Part shown: piece by piece, positions 51,485-63,460 of the stretch
Layout: each line of letters opens with the position of its first letter
How positions within the stretch are numbered: the first letter of the stretch is position 1
NCBI RefSeq assembly: GCF_964188315.1
Contig: NC_135667.1
Span: 16,430,001 to 16,494,000, forward strand
DNA length: 64,000 nt
Source of the DNA: Podarcis muralis
Lineage: Eukaryota
Direction of reading: 5' to 3'
Program-made: the position numbers and the translations under genes
The notes under the pieces: generated by a model
Told to the model about the DNA's origin: nothing
What the model saw: the letters and a program-made list of their open reading frames with translations, nothing else
Databases searched by the model: none

Positions 51485-52723
51485 AGGGACAGCCCCTGTG
51501 TTCTCCTCTTCCTCCCCGCCCCAAAATCCTGAGAATGACTGACTGGACTGTGGAAGGGCTGGTTGGGTGGGTAAAAATAGCTGCCGTTATGTGCGCATGT
51601 GTGGTGGGGGAAGCGGGGGGGCTGGAATCCTGGCGGGAGGGCACGGGAGTCTGTGTGAATGAATGCCCACAGCACTGGAATGGCACTCCCCTCCCCACAA
51701 CCCTTGGAGAGGTTGAGTTGCTGGAATGGAAAAATCTATATACTGGCGCTGAAATCCCTTCTTGCGTTGGGGATAGAGGCGGGGGAACATTGAAGAGCAT
51801 TAAAAACAAACAATGCTGAAACAAATTGCATAAAGGTGATGAATAGGAGGATGAGGGGCATTTTCTACTTCCAGAAAACAAAAATAACCTCTGCAGTGTT
51901 GCCTATAAACTCTCTTCTCATGTATTTTACTTCTCGTCTTCCTCTGCCCTCCATTCCCACCCTGTGTTGCCATGGCGCAGTGCAGCTCGAGTATCCATTG
52001 TTGGGTCACTGTGATACGTGTGTGTGTGTTGCGGGAGAAAGATGTGTATTTCTTTTTAAGGGGGGAGGACAATACAGCTGTACCTGTGACTAATGAGGGG
52101 TAGGATGAAACTGGGGGAATCCAGTGCCTCAATTCACAATACTTCACCTAGCAATAGTGGGGATTGCCCCAATTTTCTTCTTGGCTTGCGTTTGCTAAGA
52201 AATGTGGTCAGAATACTGTCCTGAGGCCTGGGTTAAAAACCAGGGTGCAAACCTCTCCCACTGGGTCTGGAATAGGATTGTTCATCTCTTCCCCATAACC
52301 CCTCTCCAGTCTCAGAGCAACTTGTCATGTATATTCATATTCAAAACAAGGCTGGGGTTGGAAAGGTCTCTTTGAAACCTCCCTGCCTTGTATTAGCAAT
52401 TGGGGTACCATCCTGTCAGCCCAGCCTCCCTCCTGAAACTGAGGAACTAATCAGAAGGTGTGTATATGCCAAACTTGGAATATGAAACACTCTTTGGATC
52501 TGGGAGGTGGGTCTCCACCCCACAACTCCAAAATGGTGGGTACAACAGAAATTGTATTTGCCCTCCCACCTCTGTCTTTAAATATGGGGACCTTCTGACT
52601 GTGCAATACGTCTGCTTCATGAGTTATTTTATATACACAAAAATGAATTATGTACATAATTAAAACATCTTGTGTTAACCCACTGCTAATGGCATTAAAC
52701 CTGTCAAGGAGACACCACTGTTC

Positions 52724-52729
52724 AATAAA
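52724..52729 (+). terminator. Poly(A) signal of the RAB35-like gene
   Basis: AATAAA about 1.24 kb after the stop codon, with ATTAAA at 52694-52699 and a Pumilio-type TGTACATA at 52651-52658 upstream. Confidence 0.55.
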
Positions 52730-52760
52730 GAAATTTAGATATGAAACCACCTCTTATTCT

Positions 52761-52766
52761 TTTATT
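52761..52766 (-). terminator. Poly(A) signal of HCFC1R1
   Basis: TTTATT on + (AATAAA on -) about 575 nt downstream of the HCFC1R1 stop. Confidence 0.5.
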
Positions 52767-53340
52767 TCTCCAAAGCATGGCTACCCATCCTTTGGTGGCA
52801 AGAGGGATTTTTTTTGTCATATTTCCATCTGTTGGTACCCTCTGGAATAACATCTTGTTTTCAGCTCTCTGGAAGTAAAAGGTCAAGATGCTGCTCCCGC
52901 AAGGAAAGAGAAAATGTTAGTTGATCTTCACACAAACACTTTTTTTTTGTAGGGTGGGGTATCAGCTCTCTGATAAAATAAAAAGGAGAAGTTCAGAAAG
53001 CTCATTTTGAAATTGCTTCTAAAAAGCAATATTAACATTCTAAGTCATAGCACCTTGAGACACCACAGTTGCACTTTTTCCTAAGTACTGGCATCTTTCC
53101 TATTGGAAAAGAAAATAGCAATATGCACACACACCAGAAACGACCACACACACACTTTTACATCTAGTAGAGGGGAGAGGATCAGATTACTGCAGTCGAT
53201 TGAAAAATGATGGGTGTTCCTATGTTGCTGTAAAATTGCAATCAAATGTGTTGATGCTGGATAATGATGTCATTTGTTGAAAGTCTGACAGGCCAACCGG
53301 AAAAAAAGAGTTTTGGCTTTAGACCAAGATGGGTGAAAGC

Positions 53341-56177
53341 TCATATTTCCATTTCCTCTTGTATTGTCGCTGCTTCTTGCTGAGGCTGTGCAGGAGAGCT
53401 GAGGGCAGATGGGATAGCCATCAATGTCCGGATACTGTGAAAGCCTGAGTTACTAGGAGGGCTCCAAAGGACCACTTCTGTACAAGGATTCCTGTAAGAA
53501 TGAGGGAGGATGCTAGTTACTGATGCAAATGATTTTGCTTTCCAGTGTTCCTCTTTTCTTCCCAAGTCTTGTGCTATACTTACAGAGAAAGAAATACCTC
53601 TTCAGGCACAAGGCTGACTCCTCCAACGGGCTCTTGTAGGAAGGAAGGATGTGCCAGTATGGGGCAATCTGCCATAATGAATTCCCCATCCACAAGTACA
53701 CTGTTGTGCTCGTCCTCGTCTGAACTAGCTTCTTCACTTGCTCCATCTTGGGACAGCCTAAGAGAGAGAAAATCTCACACAATGAAGCCTTGTTATTCTG
53801 CTTCTCTGACTGCCCCCCTCACAAAGCAGTGGTCCCCAGTACCTCTGCTGCAGTTCTTTCAAGCGTGCATATGCCTCCTGCCACTTGGGATCTTCATCGT
53901 AGAGAGGGAAACCGTTGGAGCTGTAGACGTGGTCATTGTCCAGGCTAAGAGAGTTGAAGCGGGCAGCCATCTTGTCCTCTGAGAGGAAGTGTTTGGAACT
54001 GGGTTCCCTGTTGGGGCACAGAGAGCAATGGCAAGGAGTCCAGGGTCCAGTGACACCAATCCTGTCCTGTACCAATTCATGCCAAGCTCGCTTTCCCCAC
54101 TCTGCCCTTCAGCATTGCCCATCATGCACTGCAGCACATTAAAAGTTCATTTGGCATTTTTAGTGTCGGATACAAAAAGCACACACTTAAATGAAAATTG
54201 CATGTTCAATAGTTTATTCATTGTTCTCAGAAAACTACAATGGAATATATTTAATCGGGGTGGGGGGGGGGGACTCTTAAGAAAACATGATGCAATTGCA
54301 ACCTGTACTGTATATGGAAGAAGAAAGTGGAATATGAAGATGGATGTTTCTAGCCCCACTCACTTCATGCACCAGCCATGACTCCTCATCTTATGTCACA
54401 CTTACTGATCTCTATGCTCCAGATGGCGTTTGAAAGCGAAGGATGTTGACCGGCACCTAAAACAAAAAGCTACAGTTGTACTCGAGACCCAAAGATCTCC
54501 CCACGCTAGTTGCTCTTCTCCCACTGGCCTACTCTTTTACCGTAATTATAAAAGCTGTGCTTCTTCCTCTTCGCAGACCCCAAAGTCCATGAGTTTGCAA
54601 GGCCCGTCCTTCCTACCCCACAGCACTGAATTACCGTATTTTTCGCCCTATAGGACACACCTTTACCCCTCCAAAAATGAAGGGGAAATGTGTGTGCAAA
54701 TGCAGGCTTCAGGAAGCTCTGCACAACCCTCGGGAGACCGGCGCCACTTCGCGCCCGCCTCCCGATGACTGCGCAGAGCTGCCTGCAGTCCCGGGGCGAG
54801 CACAGCTCTGCGCAGCCATCCGGAGCGGGGCACGAAGTCGCGCCCGCCTCCCGATGGCTGCGCAGAGCTGCCTGCATTCCGAAGCCTGGGGAGACCGGCG
54901 CGACTTACCGCTGGCCTCCCTAGGCTTGCAGATAGCAGGCTGTTCTCGGGGCTGGGATTGGGGGAAGCTCGGGCTTCCCCCGCGCCAGCCCCGCGCCTGG
55001 GGGGGAAATAATTTTTTTCCTTTATTCCCCCCCCAAAAAAACTAAGTGCGTCCTATGGGGCAGTGCACCCTATGGGGCAAAAAATACGATAGGTTTTTTC
55101 TCTTCTCCCCACCCACACCCACCCAGGGCCATAGCTAGGGGGTGGTAAGGTGGGGCCCCGCCAGGGGCACAGGCAAGGAGGAGGCGCAAAATCAGCTTAA
55201 AATATGTACATAAATAGGTCTATTAATAAAAATATTGATTCTTGCCTCATAAGAAAAGTGTGAATTGAATTGGTTGGGGGGCGGGGTTGGAGAGGTAGAA
55301 AGAAGAGCTAATTTGTCCATGGCTAGGGGGCGCAATCTGGACGGTTCTGCCAGGGGCGCAAGATCACCTAGCTACGGCTCTGTACCCACCCCACGATCTT
55401 TAAAGCCCTTTACAGAACCAGAATGCTTGAATGACTGTAAATTTCTATTTATAACTTAAGATCTTTAGCCAATAATCTTCTACAAGTGTACCTGCCATCT
55501 GAGACAAGGTATGAGACAGCAGGAGTGAAAGACCTCCCCCAGAGAGGCTTGCCTAGTGCCTACTTTGTTATTTTGCTGGGAAGTAAATACATTTAAAATG
55601 TTTTACACTGCTGAGTTTCACTGTCTTGTTACAGTTATTTTACCTAAATTGTGTGTGAACTGTATTGTAAAGTGCCTTCAGAATATATAAAGTCCTGTAA
55701 TCAATTAACTTCCCTGAAAGTTTATGACTGTAGCCCACTGTCTGCCCTTTTGCCTCTTTCCTTCAGAACTAAGCTGCAAAATAAAAAGCCCAACAAAATG
55801 ACTGCATTTTCCTTCTCTGGCATGTTTTTTAAAGCTTCCAGCAGGTCGGTCACCTTTTTGCCTGTGAATAAATGCCAGAGAGGTGGGCGCTATCAAAATC
55901 CACTTTTCTCTCCCTCAGCCCATCCTCAAAATGTATCCTTTCCTCTTCACCCAAGCAAAAAGCCTCATTGTGCACATGCTTACCGTCCCTGCTGTATTTT
56001 ATTGAAGTTCACCAAGCCCTGGCTTTGCCTTATCCATGGCATTCTGCGTGCTGTGTGCCGCTGCCTGCTGGAGGGCACGGTGTGGCTCCAACCCCTGCTC
56101 CCAGCCAAGAAGGAGCAGCACGTGGATGGGCTGGATGGAATAATTGTTGGCGATTGCTGGCCAGTTGTCTGATCCAT
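53341..56177 (-). CDS. HCFC1R1: Host cell factor C1 regulator 1 (HPIP), long form, 244 aa
   Basis: complement(join(53341-53491,53584-53757,53843-54007,54406-54456,55984-56177)); all internal introns are phase 2 and GT-AG. FKRHLEHRDQ|EPSSKHFLSEDKMAARFNSLSLDNDHVY and NPCTEVVLW...EEMEI* align with recalled human KRRLEEEQEPLRKQFLSEENMATHFSQLSLHNDHPY and SPCSELLLW...DIMEL. Head-to-head with THOC6. The first coding exon is the least certain. Confidence 0.85.
54634..55089. mobile_element. Tc1/mariner (Tc2-like) non-autonomous element in an HCFC1R1 intron
   Basis: TA-flanked CCGTATTTTTCGCCCTATAGG ... CCTATGGGGCAAAAAATACGA; GC-rich internal direct and inverted repeats. Confidence 0.75.
55124..55382. 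mobile_element. hAT MITE
   Basis: TIR CAGGGCCATAGCTAGG / CCTAGCTACGGCTCTG; 8-bp TSD CACCCACC/TACCCACC. Confidence 0.8.
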
Positions 56178-57479
56178 CTGTGAGGTAAAACATAAAGGGA
56201 GTTAAACTAAGACTCACCTCTGTAGCACTAATCCTGCCCTGAAACACTGTTAGTGCAAGTGTTTTTCACACTAACCTGTGAAAAAGCTGCCTATTTTTAA
56301 AGGATTGTTCTGGTGCCTTCAGCCCGATGCAAAGCGGAGCTAGTATATTGATGGAAGTGGATTGTTGTGTGTTAGAAAGGATTTGAGAGAGCATCCTAGG
56401 GTTTATACTTGGTTCAGGCAGAACACTGACCAGGCCTGAAGAGCCTTCCCCTTCCCTTGTAGATGACTGAGCACAACTGATGATCCTCTGAAGCTGTGCA
56501 CTTTAGGGGGCTATTGATATGAGCAAGGAAGCTGGTCTCACGTGATCTTTTTATTAAGTGGGCCCCTTGCATACTGTTTAATTCTATTTGTTCCTATTTT
56601 GTCTGTAAGCCGCCTCAAGTCTCTGCCGGGGAAAAGGGGTGGTGCATGCATAAATTCCTTTGAAAAGCCACTGCATTAGATATTGCACCTGTTGTCTTCA
56701 GGCGCTTTTCCAGCTGCTCATTTTGAGACATAAGACTGAATCCCACATACAAAGCTCCTTCCTGTTTCTTATCAGGTAAGGTCTTTATCAGAGGGGTCTC
56801 TGCAGAGCTCTTTAGGTTTCCAACACCTTAATTAAGCAAAGTGTTCCCATCATATAGTGGTGGTCTTTACATTGGATAACTCTTGGAAGTTGTGCATAAA
56901 TCTAGAACACAGTGTGTCTGTTCAAAGTAATACCTGATGTAAGGTTACCAGATGTCCCTGTTTCCGGGGGACAGTCCCTGCATTTACAAATCAGTCCCCT
57001 GACAAATACCATCTATTTAGTAGGAAGTTGAAAAGTGTCCCCAGATTCATTGAAAAAAACCTGGTAACCTTAACCTGATTGTTGTGTAGGATTCAGCTCT
57101 ACCATCCTTAAAAGTGTTATGTGTGTTTTTGATTTTGAGGTTGCTAATGTGTTAGTGATAAATCTGCAACTGCCCCTTTTTGTCCTAAAGGCTCATGAGA
57201 TCACAGGTCGCTCTCCTGTGATCCTTAAGGCCACTTCAGGATAAAGGAAGTTTGCCTTGACCCGACTAGCGCTTAGCTCTCCCTGCCAAGCTTTGGGAAT
57301 CCCAGCAGCCTTTGCGCTCACAGGCAGCCATTTAAAGGCGCTCCCATGATGCCTTGCTACAGGGCTAACCGAAATAACGGAATCCCAAGACGCTTTGCGC
57401 TCGCCACAACCTGGTGGGCGTGTCCACTCCACAGGAAAGGGCGTGGTTATATTCAAGGTGGGGCTGGGCGCCCCTTGAT

Positions 57480-58120
57480 TCTCTGAGGCACGTGCGGCTG
57501 CCGCTGTGCGGTGGAAGGAACGTGACGCCAGTAACGGTCGGTGCAGACAGGCACGCGCGAGGGGGAGGCGGGTTAGAATGCGGGTCTAGAGATAGCGTCT
57601 GCGCATGCGCCGTTAATATAGCGGCAGGGGATTAAAAAATATATGCCTCTTACCGTTCGGAAGTCTGTTCCTCACGCTGCTCTTCACAACGGCGGCGCTT
57701 CTACAGCAGCCTGGGGAACCAGCAGGGTGTAAACCAGCCACCAAATTTCGTTTTCACGTGACGAGCGAGGAGGGGGGAAACACTCTGATACACGTGCGAA
57801 GTGTGCCGGGAAATGTAGTTCCTTTTTACACTCTCGGTCCATGTTGCTTTGACCGCGGAGCCTCCGAATCCCGTCGTGCCTTGCGCTTTTTCGTCGCTCC
57901 GTCTCTTTGTAATCATAGAGACGAGACAAAGTCTCAAGGGCTCGTGCGCGCGCCCCCTAATGTCCAACTTTGGCATTGGCCGCGTTAAGTGAAGGATAAA
58001 GGAAAGCGCGTCGCTTCTGCACCGAATGAATGGAGCGCGGGCGCGTCTGGCTCCCATTGACCGGGGCGGGTTTGCATGAGCAATTTAGCATCGCGGTCGT
58101 TTGCGTGCTTACTCAGAAGT
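57480..58120. promoter_or_regulatory. Bidirectional CpG-island promoter HCFC1R1 (-) / THOC6 (+)
   Basis: CpG-rich. Minus-strand non-coding exon donor CG|GTAAGA after 57654 and plus-strand donor AA|GTAAGT after 58118. Motifs: NRF1-like TGCGCATGCGC 57600-57610, TCACGTGA 57754-57761, CACGTG 57791-57796, ACTACATTTCCCGGCA (-) 57804-57819, ATTGG and GGGGCGGG boxes. Confidence 0.8.
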
Positions 58121-58538
58121 AAGTCCCACTGTGTTCAATGGGCTTACTCCTCGGACAGTGTGCATAGAGCGGGCGCTTTGCCTGGACCAACGTTTGCTGC
58201 AATGCGGCGGCTCTTTTTGCTCCCCGCTCAGCATTATCAAGTGGTTTTTTAAATTTTATTTTAAAGGGAACTTTGCATTTCTGTTAAGCTGCTTTTCTTA
58301 TAAAATCAAACTCAAGGTAGCTTGAGAGAAAAAACATATAAGTATTGCAGCAAAATTAAAACTCAAAACCAAGGCAGCTTACCATCAAAATATAAATCGT
58401 GTCCAAATTCAACATGCAGTAGCAAAACAAAAGCGTTATGTTGATGCATGGGGCATTTTAAAAACTCACATTAGATGCAGTGTTTACATCTCCTTTTGTC
58501 GAGGGAGCCAGATTATTTGCAGCATGTATTGTGGGGTT

Positions 58539-58899
58539 GGGACGCGGGTGGCGCTGTGGGTTAAAGCCTCAGCGACTAGGACTTGCCAATCGAAAGGTCA
58601 GCGGTTCGAATCCCCGCGGCGGGGTGCGCTCCCGTCGCTCGGTCCCAGCGCCTGCCAACCTAGCAGTTTGAAAGCACCCTCGGGTGCAAGTAGATAAATA
58701 GGGACCGCTTACCAGCGGGAAGGTAAACGGCGTTCCGTGTGCTGCGCTGGCTCGCCAGATGCAGCTTGTCATGCTGGCCATGTGACCCGGAAGTGTCTGC
58801 GGACAGCGCTGGCTCCCGACCTATAGAGTGAGATGAGCGCACAACCCTAGAGTCTGTCAAGACTGGCCCGTATGGGCAGGGGTACCTTTACCTTTACCT
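58539..58899 (+). mobile_element. Full-length Sauria SINE with perfect 12-bp TSD, 5' of the first THOC6 coding exon
   Basis: GGGACGCGGGTGGCGCTGTGGG head, GGTTCGAATCC B box, (ACCTTT)n tail; TATTGTGGGGTT at 58527-58538 and 58900-58911. Confidence 0.93.
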
Positions 58900-59502
58900 T
58901 ATTGTGGGGTTAGGGAACTGGTGGCCCTGCTGATATTTCTGGAATACAACTGCCATCACCCCGATCGTTGGCCATACTCACTGGAGCTGATGGGAGCTGG
59001 AATCCGCCCCCCCCCCAATCTGGTGGGCCACAGGTTCCCTACTCCTGATGTACCCTATTTTGCCTTGCTGGAAACCCCACATGCTTTGGGATCATTTGTC
59101 GCACCCCTGGGTGAGGCTCATTGGACATGGGGAGCATGTAGCATGGCAGCCTGTTCTGTGGTTCCATGTACTGCACTGGGATGCTGGTGAGACCAGTGTG
59201 TCATACTGGAGAGATCTTGCTCCCATCTTACCTATTGACATCCAAGGCCAGGCTGCCTAGATCTACGCTTTGGTATATTGCAGGAATTAGCTTTACAAAA
59301 AATTGAGCTTGGTCAAGCTCCGCAGCATAGGTGGGCTTTTGTTTTGCCAAGGACGGAATCTGCTTATACTGTAGTGCAATCAGGGCTTGGGGTGGGACAT
59401 GCCTGGGCAAATAAAACAAAGTATTTCTTAGGAAAGCAAGAACCAGCATCCATCCAGGCAGCACTTGCTGCCTTGACTTCTCCTGCTTGTTCCTATTGCC
59501 AG

Positions 59503-62500
59503 ATGGATATTCAGAGATCCCTGGAACTCTTGCACATGACTGTCTACTCCCAGAGTGTCTCGCCATGTGGCAAGTACTTGGCAGCTGGGAACAACTATGG
59601 AGAGATTGCCATCTTCAGGTAATTGGGTGCCTCTTTTGAGGGAGGGAGGGATTATCTCTGCATTTTCTCACACCTCTGTGTTTCTTCCTCTCCAGCCTTT
59701 CTGCAGCACTGAGTTCAGAGGCTAAGGAGGAGAGCAAGAAGCCAGTGGTGTCCTTTGTAGGTAGGTGAAAAACACAGCCTCTACTGGAATTGTTTTTAAG
59801 TTGCTTTTATCGTTATGTTGCCTGTTGTTGCTGCCCTGGGCTCCTTCGGGAAGGCTAATGGGATATAAACAAATAACAACAACTGCAAGGAGTCCAGGAA
59901 CTCCCAAGATGCATTGAGCATCCATTCCCATGCCAACCTGCTTGTTTATTACGGTTGGCCGTTTGTGGCAATGCCAGGAGTTCCCATAAAGCAGATCCCC
60001 AGGCCCAGTGTCAGCATGCAGCATTGGCTGGGCTCCACGAGACCTGCTGTGGCTAATGCTGGCATCATTTAATAAATAAATAAATAAATAAATGGCCTTG
60101 AGATGAGAAGCACTGGGCTGGGTGGCTCCACCCTCCACCCAAAAAAAGCCCCCAGCCTTTGGGCCCTTACATAGGGCTTCTCCATGTGTCATATTTATTG
60201 TGCATTCATGATTATTTGTCTTACGATGGTATCAGGACGGTTATTCGCAGTCCTGCTTTCAATAATAATAATAATAATAATACAGTGGTACCTGGAGGTC
60301 ATTCTGGAGGTCCGTTCTTAACCTGAAACTGTTCTTAACCTGAAGCACCACTTTAGCTAATGGGGCCTCTTGCTGCTGCTGTGCCGCTGGAGCATGATTT
60401 CTGTTCTCATCCTGAAGCAAAGTTCTTAACCCAAGGTACTATTTCTGGGTTAGCGGAGTCTGTAATCTGAAGTGTATGTAACCTGAAGCGTATGTAACAC
60501 AAGGTACCACTGTAATAATAATTGATTATTTATACCCCACCCATCTGGCTAGGTTTCCCCAGCCACTCTGGGTGGCTTCCAACAGAATATTAAAAAACAC
60601 AATAAACCATCAAACATTAATTTTTTTCCTAAACAAGGCTGCCTTCAGATTTTTTCTAAAAGTCAGATAGTTGTTTATTTCCTTGACATCTGAAGGGAGG
60701 GCGTTCCACAGGGTAGGCGCCACTACAGAGAAGGCCCTCTGCCTGGTTCCCTGTAACCTCACTTCTCGCAGGGAGGGAACTGCCAGACGGCCCTCGGAGC
60801 TGGACCTCAGTGTCCGGGCTGAACGATGGGGGTGGAGACGCTCCTTCAGGTATACTGGGCTGAGGCCTTTTATACAATATCACTGGCGAGGCATCACAGA
60901 AGAACTAATAAAGCAGAATGATGTGTGGATGATCGTATAAATCCACCACCAACATTGTGCCAATGATGCATTGCAGGATACACCTGGAAAAAACCCAACA
61001 CCTCAGTCTGGAGGGGCCTGTGCATCAGTGCCATTATTCAGTGCCACCGTCTGCCCCTGCCATCCCTCTAAAGTGCCAATTTGGAGACCCTCTCCCCACC
61101 TTAGCTGGGTGCCTGTGTGATGATTTGCCGTGTTGACATACCTAACACGACTCCTTTAATTTTAAGGACCCTTCACTGAGGGGAGCAGTGGGCCAAGTGG
61201 TCACAGTGGCCTCTCCTCCTCACAGTCCTGCCCCTGATGATTGGTAAGCTAACCAAGGGAGGGGGCTCTCCCAGGACTGTCCTTGCCCCCAAGGCCCCCT
61301 TGAATCTGGCCACGGGCTTGCAAGCCCTCTGCAAATGAGATGGAAATAAAATGCGTTCCTGGCAAAGTTAAACCCGGAACTTCAGGGTGGCAAGCTGGGG
61401 ATTTCCCAGAATGCACTTCACCACTGCCATGCCAAAATCCATCCATTTCAGGTGCTTCTTCTTCCCACAGCTCACGAAGGTCCCGTCTATGCCCTGGTTT
61501 CCACAGACCGGCAGCTGCTCAGTGCTGGCAATGGGGAAGTCAAGGCCTGGAACTGGAGTGAGATTGTGAAGAAGGTAAGGGTGGTTGGTTCATCGGTTCC
61601 CCTCCCACGTTTCTCCTGACTTCCTTTTGACTGTGTTCCTCTTAATCTTCTTCTGCCTTCTGCCGCAGGGTTGCAAAGAAGCCTGGAGCAGGAGGCCGCC
61701 TTATGGGTATAACTTTGATTTCCACCTTTCACCATTGCCATCTTTTCTTCCTCTTTATGCATGTACAGATGGCAAAAAACTCTCTTTGCTTTTCTGCTCA
61801 GGAGCAGCTTGGAGGTGCCAGAGATAAACAGCCTTCAGCTGAACCTCAAGGTACAGGCGCAACGCAATATGGGGAGGGTTCGGCACGGTTCACTCATCTG
61901 CCTCGGCCTCATTCTTGCCGCTTCTCCCCCTTCCTCCTTCAGGATAATAGTCTTCTAATGGCTGGGGGAGACTGTTCCATTCATATGATGGATCTGGAAT
62001 CTGGCGCCTTTACGGTGAGTCCTGCCTCTAGCATCATAGGGCTGATGAAATGCGGGGAGAGAGAAGGTTTATTTAAGGCAACTCCTTCTCATCTCCTACA
62101 GGGGGTTCTCTGCATTAGAGTATCCCAAAATTGTTATTATAAACTGGAAATAAATCCTCTTCATCTGTCAGATTCTCAATTTCCAAACTCTAAGGCTTTT
62201 CCCCTTGTTTATGGTTATTGAAAACTTAATAAAAATAGCTTTTCAGGATTCTGTGTTGTTCTGCAACAGCAATAGAGTATCATAATATAATTTCTCAGTT
62301 ATTCTGTAGCATATCTCTGCAGCCTCCAGAATGTGTCCTACCTCCATCCACTGCAAGTCATACTCTGTTTCGTCTCTCTCTGTCACAGCATGAATATCAA
62401 GGCCACACCGATTATATCCACTGCCTGGCCCTTCGAGACCAGCTCAGAGAGTGCCTGTCAGGGAGTGAGGATGGCACCGTGCGCCTTTGGGGTGAGGATC

Positions 62501-63425
62501 TGCAGCCTCCTTGCCGCCTGCTGTTTCTCTGAGAGATCATCTCCCCATATAATCCCTGCCCCGTGCTTTAAAATCAGTTGGGCAGATCTCATCTGCATGC
62601 CCCATCTCTGAAGGAAGCCAAATCTGAACCCTGTCAGGGTAGGGCCTTCTCAGTGGTGGTGACCCCGCAGTCCTGAAACAGGCATCTTGGTTACTTATGT
62701 TCGCTGATTTGAATATGACTCGGGCAACATCCACACCATACATTTAAAGCGCTATGATACCTTTAACAGATATAAAAAACCCTGTGAACTGTAGTTGGTC
62801 AACAGTGCAGGAAACTGTAGCAATGTGAAGTCAGCACTCTGAGCAAACTGCAGTTTGCAGGATTCTCCATGACTGTTAAAAGTGGTATCATCCTGCTTTA
62901 AATGTATGCTGTGGATGTAACCCATCTTTGGGTATCAATCTGTGCCTTTTAAACTTCTGTGCTCTGTTATATGGCTAATGGTCGTAAGGTTGTTTGTTTT
63001 AACTTCTGGATTATATCTTGGATTCCATATTTGTTTGCTCTTAGAAGTTTCTTGAAAAGCAGGGCGGGTGTCACTTATTTAAAGCTGATTCAGAGGATAT
63101 CTTCAGAATGTTTGGGAACGAGCCAATGCCAAAGGGATCCCACTGCTCCATTTTCTTCCAATCTCTTTAGATGATCAGTTGCTGACACCCCCCTTGGCTT
63201 GTGTTCTAGGACTGGGATGGTGTATATGCAACACAGGAAGCTGCCTATATTGAGCCCTGTGGTCCATCTAGCAACATGTTGTCTATGGTTAATGGCAGTG
63301 GCTCTGTGGGGTTTCAGGTTGGGTCCCTCCCATCCCTTACTGGAAATGATGAGGATTGAACCTGGGTCTTACTGAATGCAAACAGATTGTCTGCCACTGA
63401 GCTACAGTTGACTAGACAAACCATG

Positions 63426-63460
<35 letters not shown>

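Noticed and set aside
53598-53757. Shorter 160-nt version of the HCFC1R1 extra exon using GAG|GTATTT
   Set aside because: It shifts the last exon out of frame. The GTAAGT donor 14 nt further on keeps frame and is much stronger.
55651-56172. 173-aa + strand ORF
   Set aside because: It is antisense to HCFC1R1 coding exon 1 and its intron, starts at GTG and has no recognisable homology.
58030-58118. MERGRVWLPLTG... as a coding THOC6 exon 1 resembling human MERAVPLAVPLGQ
   Set aside because: The strong donor at 58119 is phase 2 but the next exon needs phase 0, and in-frame GT sites are weak. Not excluded, but unsupported.
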